A stretch of 63,984 nt of DNA, filler included, from a bacterium (GTDB lineage Bacteria; UBA9089; CG2-30-40-21; SBAY01), in the NCBI GenBank assembly GCA_040757115.1. It is 8 parts of 8 records of this genome, joined end to end, with 100 filler letters (N's around TTAATTAATTAA, not from the genome) between each part and the next. Parts side by side here need not be neighbours in the genome. Positions count along the whole stretch, not along the records: positions 20,815 to 48,770 come from JBFLYA010000027.1; 7 more parts are not named here. One strand, written 5' to 3'. Position numbers and translations under genes: made by a program. Shown here piece after piece: positions 32,071 to 40,568 of this stretch. The notes under the pieces were generated by a model that was not told the origin of the DNA, did no database searches, and saw only the letters and a list, made by a program, of their open reading frames with translations. Every line of letters begins with the position of its first letter. Within the stretch, counting starts at the first letter, position 1.

Positions 32071-32929
32071 GTAACCGTTCAGGTAATCCTTTACCGCAGA
32101 GACGCAGAGAAACAGAGAAGACATAGAAATAAAGTAACTATTCAGCCACTGATTAACACGGATTAGCACGGATAAAAAAATAAAATCAGTGTTTCATCTG
32201 TGTCCATCTGTGGCTGAATAGTTATCAATAAATTTTAATTTTTTCTCTGCGTCTCTGTGTCTCTGCGGTGAACGGTTACGAGGAAAATATCTTTTTTTCG
32301 TGTTTTTCGCGTTTTTCGGTGTTTATAGCAGTTATTATTCAAAACTTTACTTAGAATTAAATACTCGTAACTACTCGTAGTGAATTAACAAGTTATGCGT
32401 GAACCATTACTACACTATGTCAAATTAGTGCTATAACTCTCTATATTTTTAGACAATTATGTCCATTTGGCTTGCCTTCCCCTATTTCTTATGATAAAAT
32501 GGGAAAAAACAGAATGTGAAAATTCTACCTCATCCTTCATTTAATGTCCCATAGGGACAATATATCGGTAGAAATAAATATCATACAAATAATGTCCCAT
32601 AGGGACAATATATCGGTAAATGGTTTTCCATAAATTTTCTACCAATATATCGTTCCTACGGAACTGATTGATTTATCTATCTATTCCTACCGATATTATG
32701 ATCCTAACGGAACGATTATTCTCATGCCTTATTTATGGGTATTATCTTATGTAAACTTCCAGTTAATAACCGCTATAAAAAGGCTTAAAAACAGTTAGTC
32801 GAAAGTAAGTATTAAAAGATTAATAAACAACGAAAGACCCGAAATGCACAAAAAAAGGAAATTTCTGTCTCTGGTGAATAGATTTTAATTTTTTCTCTGC
32901 GTCTCTGTGTCTCTGCGGTGAACAGTTAC
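32071..32929. mobile_element. GTAAC MITE with 8-bp TSD containing nested elements
   Basis: CAAAAAGT at 32063-70 and 32930-37; internal GTAAC hairpin at 32134-32225; TA-flanked 450-bp insert at 32326-32775. Confidence 0.88.
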
Positions 32930-33370
32930 CAAAAAGTCCAATAATTGAACAAAAATTTATCAGTAGTTTAAAATTTAATCATAGTTGTTTAAAAGTTAGA
33001 AAAAAGGTTTGAAGTGAGTTTTTAATTTACCGAAAGAGCATCTTTCTATAACTTTAGTTGTATCAATATGTTAGATATGAAGTAGTGGTCAGGGGCTTTA
33101 GTTAGCATAAGATTTGCTCCTCTATATTATTGTAAAATCCCTTTCAATCGTCAACCCTATCGTAAAAGGGAAATGGGGCAAAATAAAGATGTTAAATACC
33201 CTAAATAAGGTGGTCAAATAGAAAAATTGACACAGATTTTTGCCCCAGGACTAATTAAAATTGGTAACTGGTTAAATGGTAAGTAATTACCATTCACCAG
33301 TTATCATTACCAAATTAAAGGAGGTGAAAAAGGAGGTCCTTCTTAAAAAAATTAAAGGAGGAAAGAAAAA

Positions 33371-34054
33371 ATGAAAAGATTAATTATTGGGTTAGTAAGT
33401 ATTTTAGGACTGCTATGGGCAACCAGTGCCATAGCCGATGTGGAAGACAAAACAGTTCAGGTGAAATTAGTGGTTCTCCAGATTATCGACTTAGAGGTAA
33501 CAGCACCAGATACGGTTGTCCCCACAGCAGAAGATTATGCAGTGGATGCGGCACATGATCAGAAATATAGCTGGGTGGCAGATTGTGACCCATCACCAGA
33601 TTCGATGGGATTTGCAGACAGAGCAGATGCGCTACAAGTAACGATATTCACAAATGCGAAAAGTGGAGCGACAGTTTATTTCTACGGTAATCCCAATCCT
33701 GTTCATAACGAATCTCTACAGAATAAAGATGTTTATTTATCCGTGAACCGCGAGAAAACCTATGTGTTAATGAACGCGCCAGACGGAACACCAGCCGCAG
33801 AGGATGATTTAGATGTAACTGAGGGTATAGATGGTGCATGGGCAAATGCTAATACAGCAATTGATGGGACTCACAAGTGCAAGTGGATACAAACCCACAA
33901 TGAAGCTAAAGAGTTTTTTGGAGTTACAGAAGCTACGGAAGCAGCAAGACTTTGGTCCCTCCAATTAGGAATTGCCTGTTTATCCGAATATACGGAAAGT
34001 ACAGACGCTGGCTACACGATGGACCTAACATTTATCTTGATGCCTCGTGTTTAA
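33371..34054 (+). CDS. Exported beta-rich protein, pilin/WxL-like subunit candidate
   Basis: Strong RBS, signal peptide, N-terminal VQVKLVV strand, C-terminal AGYTMDLTFIL strand. Confidence 0.65.
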   Translation: MKRLIIGLVSILGLLWATSAIADVEDKTVQVKLVVLQIIDLEVTAPDTVVPTAEDYAVDAAHDQKYSWVADCDPSPDSMGFADRADALQVTIFTNAKSGATVYFYGNPNPVHNESLQNKDVYLSVNREKTYVLMNAPDGTPAAEDDLDVTEGIDGAWANANTAIDGTHKCKWIQTHNEAKEFFGVTEATEAARLWSLQLGIACLSEYTESTDAGYTMDLTFILMPRV

Positions 34055-34102
34055 TTTAACTCAACTTCTCAACATAAAAAAGGACCTCCTTTTCATAAAA
34101 AT

Positions 34103-34134
34103 AAAGAGGGAGAAAAAATATTCTCCCTCTTTTT
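34103..34134 (+). terminator. Rho-independent terminator
   Basis: AAAGAGGGAGAA / TTCTCCCTCTTT followed by T-tract. Confidence 0.75.
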
Positions 34135-34209
34135 ATTTTTTTCCCCATATAATCTCCATATTTCCTTCAGACACACGGAAAAAGGTTACCTGCTTTTATT
34201 ACCCCCCAG

Positions 34210-34506
34210 TCAGGAAAAACGGTCATCTCCACGACGTGGACACAAAGAACAATGAAAATAGCACGCTGATGACGCGGAGGTCGCGGATATTTCGCGGATA
34301 AAAAATATATTATAGAAAAATCCGCTAAAATCCGTTAAATCCGCGTTATCCGTGTGCTATTTTAACATTATTTTTCAGGAGAACGCTCATGAACCGTAGG
34401 TTCACAACAGGAGAATGAAAATAGGGGAAAAACAGGGTGGAGGAAAGATTTTCTCTCTACTCTCTACTCTCTACTTTCTACTCTCTACTTCCTATTTTCA
34501 TGAGAA
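34210..34506 (+). repeat. Two AGGAG/hairpin cassettes in tandem
   Basis: TCCAC-gac-GTGGA-CAC and ATG-AACC-gta-GGTT-CAC hairpins, ATGAAAAT...ATTTTCA brackets. Confidence 0.8.
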
Positions 34507-34584
34507 TTCCCTATTTCACTAACGCATTACCTTCACCCTATTTTTATTATTGACAAACTGTAAAGTAAATGGTATAGTTTAATT

Positions 34585-35544
34585 ATGCCAAATAATTATG
34601 AACAGATTGATTTAAGTAAAATAAAGACATATCCAATAAAAAACCGTAAAAATCTGGTCAAACTAAAAGATTTTGTTAGACTTCTACCCAGAGATGCTGC
34701 TCTTAAAGAGTTTATTGATTCCCTGCCCGATATTTTAAAAGGGGCTGATTTGAAGGAATTAATAAAGTCTATCTGCCAGGCATATCACCAAAAGAGACCT
34801 ATTTTATGGGCTTGTGGAGCCCATGTAATAAAATGTGGGTTGTCACCCCTGATTATTGAACTAATGAAAAAAGGTTTAGTAAATTGTCTTTCGCTAAATG
34901 GTGCCGGGATTATTCATGATTTTGAGATTGCCTTGATAGGTGAAACATCAGAGGATGTCTCAAAAAGTCTTTTAGATGGTTCCTTTGGTATGGCAAAGGA
35001 AACCGGTGAACTAATTAATGAGGCAATTATTGATGGGGCAAGACATAATCTTGGGATTGGCAGGGCAGTTGGTAAGATGATTTCAGAACAAAAACTTAAA
35101 TATCGAGAATATAGTATTTTATATCAGGGGTTTGAATTAAATATCCCTATTACAGTCCATGTGGCTATTGGCACGGATATTATTCATCAACATCCAAATG
35201 CCTCAGGTGAGGCAATTGGTAAAGGCAGTATGATTGATTTTCACATTTTTACTAACCAGGTGGCTAATTTAGAGGGTGGGGTGTTTATAAATATAGGTTC
35301 GGCGGTAATCATCCCGGAGGTATTTTTAAAGGCATTAACGATTGTTCGAAATTTAAACTACACGGTGGAAGATTTTGTCACTGCTAACTTTGATATGATG
35401 ATACAATATCGACCAATGTCCAATATCGTTAAAAGACCAACGCTAAAAGCCGGAAAAGGATATTCATTTATTGGTCATCATGAAATAATGATGCCACTTT
35501 TGGCTTATGGGATATTGGCGGAAATTCAGAGCAACGAAGGTTGA
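34585..35544 (+). CDS. Deoxyhypusine-synthase-like (DHS-fold) protein
   Basis: GAHVIKCGL, NGAGIIHDFE, TVHVAIGTDIIH, GSAVIIPEVFLKA, GHHEIM; TTGACA-17-TATAGT just upstream. Confidence 0.75.
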   Translation: MPNNYEQIDLSKIKTYPIKNRKNLVKLKDFVRLLPRDAALKEFIDSLPDILKGADLKELIKSICQAYHQKRPILWACGAHVIKCGLSPLIIELMKKGLVNCLSLNGAGIIHDFEIALIGETSEDVSKSLLDGSFGMAKETGELINEAIIDGARHNLGIGRAVGKMISEQKLKYREYSILYQGFELNIPITVHVAIGTDIIHQHPNASGEAIGKGSMIDFHIFTNQVANLEGGVFINIGSAVIIPEVFLKALTIVRNLNYTVEDFVTANFDMMIQYRPMSNIVKRPTLKAGKGYSFIGHHEIMMPLLAYGILAEIQSNEG

Positions 35545-35622
35545 TATTAACTGCGTTTACCCTGTGTCTATGCATAAAAATTAATTGCATTTTATTTAGT
35601 AATATGTTATAATGTGAGGTAA

Positions 35623-36060
35623 ATGAATAAAATATTGGTTATCCACGGTCCTAATCTAAATTTATTAGGGAAAAGAGAACCCGAAGTCTATGGGAATATA
35701 ACCCTTGCGGAGATTAATCAAAGATTAAAAGAATTAGCCAATGAAAAGCAAATAGACCTGAAAATCATTCAGAGTAATCATGAAGGTGAGATTGTAGATG
35801 AGATTGGCAAGGCAGACGCTAAATTTATTATAATTAATCCCGGGGCATTTACGCATACAAGTATTGCTATTCGTGATGCCATCGCCGCCACAGGTATTCC
35901 AACGATAGAGGTGCATCTATCTAATATTTATAAAAGAGAGGAATTCAGGCATAAATCCCTGATTGCACCTGTTTGTATTGGACAAATTAGTGGTTTTGGA
36001 GTGACTGGTTATCTGTTAGCCTTCCAGTCTGCTATTGAATTGATGAAAAGTGGAGGGTAG
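35623..36060 (+). CDS. aroQ: Type II 3-dehydroquinate dehydratase
   Basis: [28 protein letters not shown]. Confidence 0.97.
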   Translation: MNKILVIHGPNLNLLGKREPEVYGNITLAEINQRLKELANEKQIDLKIIQSNHEGEIVDEIGKADAKFIIINPGAFTHTSIAIRDAIAATGIPTIEVHLSNIYKREEFRHKSLIAPVCIGQISGFGVTGYLLAFQSAIELMKSGG

Positions 36061-36062
36061 AT

Positions 36063-36494
36063 GTGAAGAAAGAAAAAGAATATGATAAGAAATCTTTAGC
36101 CTCAGATTATTTTAATGAGGCAGTTAGATTCTATAAGAATGGAAAAGAGATATTAAAAAATGTCCCGATTGTATATAAAAGTTACGAGGATTCAAAACCC
36201 GTAGCAGAGGCAGCCGGAATATGTTATCTTAGTATGCTGAAAGCTTTAGATGGGTATCTTATTCTAAAAGGGATAGATAAGGCTAATTTACCTACTTCTT
36301 ATCAGGGCTATTGGCAAACATTATCTAAAGATATGGTTCATAATGGTAAGGTAAAATCTGCCATAAAAATTGCTTACGAGAACCTTCATATCTTTGGTTA
36401 TTATCGAGGTGGAACTGGAGTTTCAATGATAAAAGAAGGTTTTCAGTGTGCTAAATTTGTGATTGAACATCTATCTCATAAAAAAATTACCTAA
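36063..36494 (+). CDS. DUF5618-like (HEPN-like) protein
   Basis: EAVRFYKNGKEIL, AYENLHIFGYY; inserted in the aroQ-pepP operon. Confidence 0.65.
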   Translation: MKKEKEYDKKSLASDYFNEAVRFYKNGKEILKNVPIVYKSYEDSKPVAEAAGICYLSMLKALDGYLILKGIDKANLPTSYQGYWQTLSKDMVHNGKVKSAIKIAYENLHIFGYYRGGTGVSMIKEGFQCAKFVIEHLSHKKIT

Positions 36495-36495
36495 C

Positions 36496-37563
36496 ATGGA
36501 TAGAATCAACAAATTACAAACGATATTATCAAAAAAGAAATTAGATGGATTATTGGTATCTAATATCACCAATGTTCAGTATCTAACAGGATTTACAGGC
36601 TCTTCGGCTGATTTGTTGGTTACTTCCCAAAAGATATACTTTATTACGGATTCAAGATACCTTGAACAGGCACAAAAAGAAGTCCATCAGGGTGTTGAGT
36701 TCATTAAAGAAGAAAAAGGGTTAGTTAAGACCTTAAAAAAACTCCTGCCAAAACAAAAACTTAAAAATTTAGGTTTAGAAACTGATTACCTGACTTATAC
36801 TCAATATCAAAAACTCGTTAAAGAATTAACATTTGTAGAATTAGTTCCAACCGAAGGATTGGTTTATAAGTTAAGATTAATCAAAGAGAAAGATGAAATA
36901 CAGAAGATAAAATATGCCTGTCAAATAGCAGAAGATGCCTTTAAAGTCCTATTACCGTTTATCAATGAGGGTATGAGTGAGCATGATGTTGCCATTGAGT
37001 TAGAGTATTTAATCAAGAAAAAAGGCGGCGAGATTGCCTTTGAGACAATTGTTGCTTCAGGCTGGCGTTCAAGTCTGCCGCATGGAAAACCATCTCATAA
37101 AAAATTAAAGATGGGTGATTTTGTTATATTTGATTTTGGGGCGAGATTTAAAGGTTATAATTGCGATTTAACTCGCACTTTAATCCTTGGTAAGCCATCG
37201 CCAAGACAAAAATTAGTTTATCAATCTGTCAAAAACGCACAAGAAAAGGTATTAGAGAATTTAAGAGCCGGGGTAGAATTTGCTGAGGTAGATAAAATTG
37301 CCCGTGAAAAAATTGCCGAAAACGGTTTAAAACGATTCTTTGGACATAACTTAGGACATGGTATAGGCATTGAGGTTCACGAAATACCTCATATATCTTC
37401 TTCAAATAAAACCTTAATGAAATCAGGTATGGTTGTAACCATTGAACCGGGTATCTACATTCCAAACTTCGGTGGAGTAAGAATCGAAGATACAGTGCTG
37501 ATAACTGAGAATGGGCATAAGGTATTAAGCGATAATGTGTCTAAAGAATTGATTGCATTATGA
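36496..37563 (+). CDS. Xaa-Pro aminopeptidase (M24)
   Basis: YLTGFTGS, DLTRT, HNLGHGIGIEVHE, TIEPGIY, GVRIED. Confidence 0.95.
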   Translation: MDRINKLQTILSKKKLDGLLVSNITNVQYLTGFTGSSADLLVTSQKIYFITDSRYLEQAQKEVHQGVEFIKEEKGLVKTLKKLLPKQKLKNLGLETDYLTYTQYQKLVKELTFVELVPTEGLVYKLRLIKEKDEIQKIKYACQIAEDAFKVLLPFINEGMSEHDVAIELEYLIKKKGGEIAFETIVASGWRSSLPHGKPSHKKLKMGDFVIFDFGARFKGYNCDLTRTLILGKPSPRQKLVYQSVKNAQEKVLENLRAGVEFAEVDKIAREKIAENGLKRFFGHNLGHGIGIEVHEIPHISSSNKTLMKSGMVVTIEPGIYIPNFGGVRIEDTVLITENGHKVLSDNVSKELIAL

Positions 37564-37598
37564 ACTGATAACTAATTACCATTCACCAGTTACCAATA

Positions 37599-37852
37599 GG
37601 GTTCTGCAAAATAGGATTTGGGGGAGACAATAAATAAATATTAAATATTAAATATCAAAATGCAAAATTACAAATCAAATTTCAAGTTGATAGTTGATAG
37701 TTTATAGTTGATAAGTTGAAGGACTATAGACTATAAACTATAAACCATAAACTATAAACGAGTTTTGCATTTTGCTCTTTGGAGGAAATTGATAAAAATA
37801 GAGGTTTTAAATACCCGCTTAAAAACTACAGTTTCTTAGTTTTGCAGGACTC
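37599..37852. mobile_element. TA-flanked MITE with heptamer arms
   Basis: GGGTTCTGCAAAA / TTTTGCAGGACTC ends; (GATAGTT)n and (CTATAAA)n inside. Confidence 0.65.
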
Positions 37853-37885
37853 TACAGTTACCAATTTTAAGGAGGGTTAAAATAA

Positions 37886-38449
37886 ATGATTGGTGCAAAT
37901 GATTTAAGACCAGGAATGACGATTGAATTGAATGGAGAGATTTTCTCCTGCACAGAATTCCAGCATATCAAGCCGGGTAAAGGAGGGGCATTTGTCCGAT
38001 TAAAATTAAAAAATTTTAGTACCGGCGCGGTTATAGATAAAACCGTTAGACCAGAGGAAAAATTCCCATTAGTCAGAATATCCCGCAAACCTATGCAATA
38101 TCTTTATCAGGAGGGAGGTAATTACTACTTTATGGATACCGAATCTTATGAACAATTCGGGCTCTCAAAAGATATACTAAGTAGTAATGTCAATTACCTG
38201 AAAGAGAATATGGAGGTAACGGTTTTATTCCATGATGAGACGATAATCGGCATAGAATTACCAGTAACGATAGAACTAAAGGTTATCACCACTGAACCAG
38301 GTTTTAAAGGAAATACCGTTTCAGGTGCAACTAAACAGGCAGAATTGGAAACAGGATTAAAGGTCCAGGTGCCTTTATTTGTAGAGGAAGGTGAAATCCT
38401 TAAAATCGATACTCGCACTGGAGAATATATAGAGAGGGTAAGAGGTTAG
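37886..38449 (+). CDS. efp: Elongation factor P
   Basis: HIKPGKGGAFVR, VPLFVEEGE, IDTRTGEY. Confidence 0.97.
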   Translation: MIGANDLRPGMTIELNGEIFSCTEFQHIKPGKGGAFVRLKLKNFSTGAVIDKTVRPEEKFPLVRISRKPMQYLYQEGGNYYFMDTESYEQFGLSKDILSSNVNYLKENMEVTVLFHDETIIGIELPVTIELKVITTEPGFKGNTVSGATKQAELETGLKVQVPLFVEEGEILKIDTRTGEYIERVRG

Positions 38450-38503
38450 AAGTAAAGTAAGTATTTAGCCATCTAAAGTGAAACAACAGGCAGTGGTTGT
38501 TAG

Positions 38504-39255
38504 GTTTCAGGAGAAACGGTCATGAGCCTGCGGCACACAAAGGGGGATGAAAATTAAGGGACTCGGGACTCGGGGCTCGGGATTCGGGAATAAAAGAATC
38601 CCCTAACCTTTTAATCTCCCGCCAGTGGGGAGATAAAAAAATAAAAATCTGTGTAATCTGCGAAATCTGCGGATATTTTTAGGAGAAACCAGGTATGAAC
38701 CTGCGGTTCACAAACGAGGATGAAAATTGAGCATAGAGATTAGAGATTAGCAAGAGTGCAGGTTCTAATTCACTAATTCTCTAATCTCTAATTAACTATT
38801 TTCAGGAGAAACGGACATGAGCCAAGGCTCACAAAGGGCAATGAAAATGGGAGAAGGACAACCCCCTAACCCCCTTTATTAAGGGGGAATATGTGTTCTA
38901 AACCAGAGGATACGAGTCTGTGGATACTATACTAATTCGCTAATCTCTAATTCACTAATTCGCTATTTTCAGGGGAAATAGTGGTAGGAGATAGAAGGTG
39001 GGAGGTAAGGAGATAAGCGGGAGGAGTGATGTTTTCTTTACTTTCTACTTTCTACTCTCTACTTTCTACTTCCTATTTTCAGGAGAAACGGACATGAGCC
39101 AAGGCTCACAAAGGGCAATGAAAATGGGAGAAGGACAACCCCCTAACCCCCTTTATTAAGGGGGAATATGTGTTCTAAACCAGAGGATACGAGTCTGTGG
39201 ATACTATACTAATTCGCTAATCTCTAATTCACTAATTCGCTATTTTCAGGGGAAA
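38504..39255 (+). repeat. Five-unit head-to-tail AGGAG cassette array
   Basis: Repeated TTTTCAGGAGAAACGGACATG...CACAAA...ATGAAAAT junctions separated by four different cargos; units 3 and 5 identical. Confidence 0.9.
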
Positions 39256-39620
39256 TGTATAACTGAAAGGTAATGAGTCTTGCGAAGGACTAAAATTTCC
39301 CATTTTTCATTTCCTATTTTACATTTTACATTTATTTTTCCTTTGCGTCTCTGCGATGAATTAGTCTAATCGCACAGGTGGGGATTTTTCCGTGTTTCAT
39401 CCGTGTCCATCTGTGGCTGAATAGTTACGATTTAGTTTATAATTCTTCGTGCCCTTCGTGTTCTTCGTGGTTTTAAAAGATGTGAGAAAGGTTAATCTAA
39501 CCGCACAGGTGGAAAAAATTACCTTTGCATCCTTTGCGTCCCCAAAAATTTATAAAAATTTTCTATTGACTTTTGGGAGAAAAGTATGATATACTATAAT
39601 TAGAATGAAACACAGGTGTG

Positions 39621-39816
39621 AGTCCCTACCGTGTTTGTGATGAAATGGTTTTTTTTTGAGCTAGCACCTTTTTATAGGGAGCTTTACAACTCTGAGTGTG
39701 GCATGCAGACTGCCTTTTAAAAAGGTGTAAGTAGAAGCATCAAAGCACTTAGGTGAGCACCCACTTACACAAAAGGGTTCAAAAATTCCATTTCACACGG
39801 CATTATGGTGGGGACT
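39621..39816 (+). ncRNA. ssrS: 6S RNA
   Basis: About 195 nt with closing stem GTCCC...GGGAC; motifs GGGAGCTTT, GCACCCAC, GGGTTCAAAA, CACGGCATT as in Firmicutes-type 6S; TTGACT/TATACT promoter upstream. Confidence 0.8.
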
Positions 39817-39884
39817 TTTTTTGTGGGGACAAATAGGGTCAAACCAATACTGTTTGGAATGATTTTTGGCAGGATTCAAATCAG

Positions 39885-40108
39885 GACAGGTGAAACTTCC
39901 ATGCCCCTGTAGGGCACAAATGACGATGAAAATGTAGTTTTGTAACTCAAATAATTACAATAACTTACGAACATTTTCAAGGGAAATCGAACTGGATTCG
40001 TGGTTCGGGAAAGTATAGGACGCAGATAAACGCAGATTTTCAGGATTTTTAAATATACATCCTGATAATCTGCGAAAATCTGCGTCCCATAACCTATTTT
40101 CAGGAGAA
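39885..40108 (+). repeat. AGGAG cassette pair
   Basis: ATG-CCC-ctgta-GGG-CAC...ATGAAAAT; ends ATTTTCAGGAGAA. Confidence 0.7.
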
Positions 40109-40537
40109 TTACTTTGTCACCTTATTCCTGAGTGGACTTGGTCCCAGTTCTTGTATTTTATTTGTCATTTCTCGGGCGACTTCAGCGAATTTTGGTCCCA
40201 TTGAGGCACTCATATTGAACATTTCAAGGCGATTACCACCAATACCGGTTTCATCCAGTAGTTTTTTTGCTCTGGCAACACGGCGTTTTGCCTTGATATT
40301 GCCATCAATGAAATGGCAGTTTCCTTCCAGGCAACCCGCCACATAGACACCATCTGCCCCATCTTCAAATGCCTTCAACAGATACAAAATATCTACCTTG
40401 CCAGTGCAGGGCAATTTGATAATTTTAACATTAGCTGGGTAATTAAGTCTCATTGACCCAGCCAGGTCTGCCGCCCCGTAAGCACAATAATGACAGCAAA
40501 AAGCTACAATCTCGGGCTCAAAATTGTTATTAGTCAT
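40109..40537 (-). CDS. mvhD: Hydrogenase iron-sulfur subunit delta (MvhD/FlpD family)
   Basis: FCCHYCAYGAADLAG, PCTGKV, GCLEGNCHF. Confidence 0.92.
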   Translation of the reverse strand: MTNNNFEPEIVAFCCHYCAYGAADLAGSMRLNYPANVKIIKLPCTGKVDILYLLKAFEDGADGVYVAGCLEGNCHFIDGNIKAKRRVARAKKLLDETGIGGNRLEMFNMSASMGPKFAEVAREMTNKIQELGPSPLRNKVTK

Positions 40538-40568
40538 CTTTACGGACTCTCCTTATCACATCATTCCA

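Noticed and set aside
33060-33250. c-di-GMP riboswitch or sigma54 promoter
   Set aside because: GEMM core motifs are not convincingly present; the -24 box reads TAGCA, lacking the invariant GG, despite an IHF-like site.
38504-39255. CRISPR array
   Set aside because: Repeats are degenerate and about 50 nt, spacers are long, repetitive and reused at other loci, and no cas genes are present.
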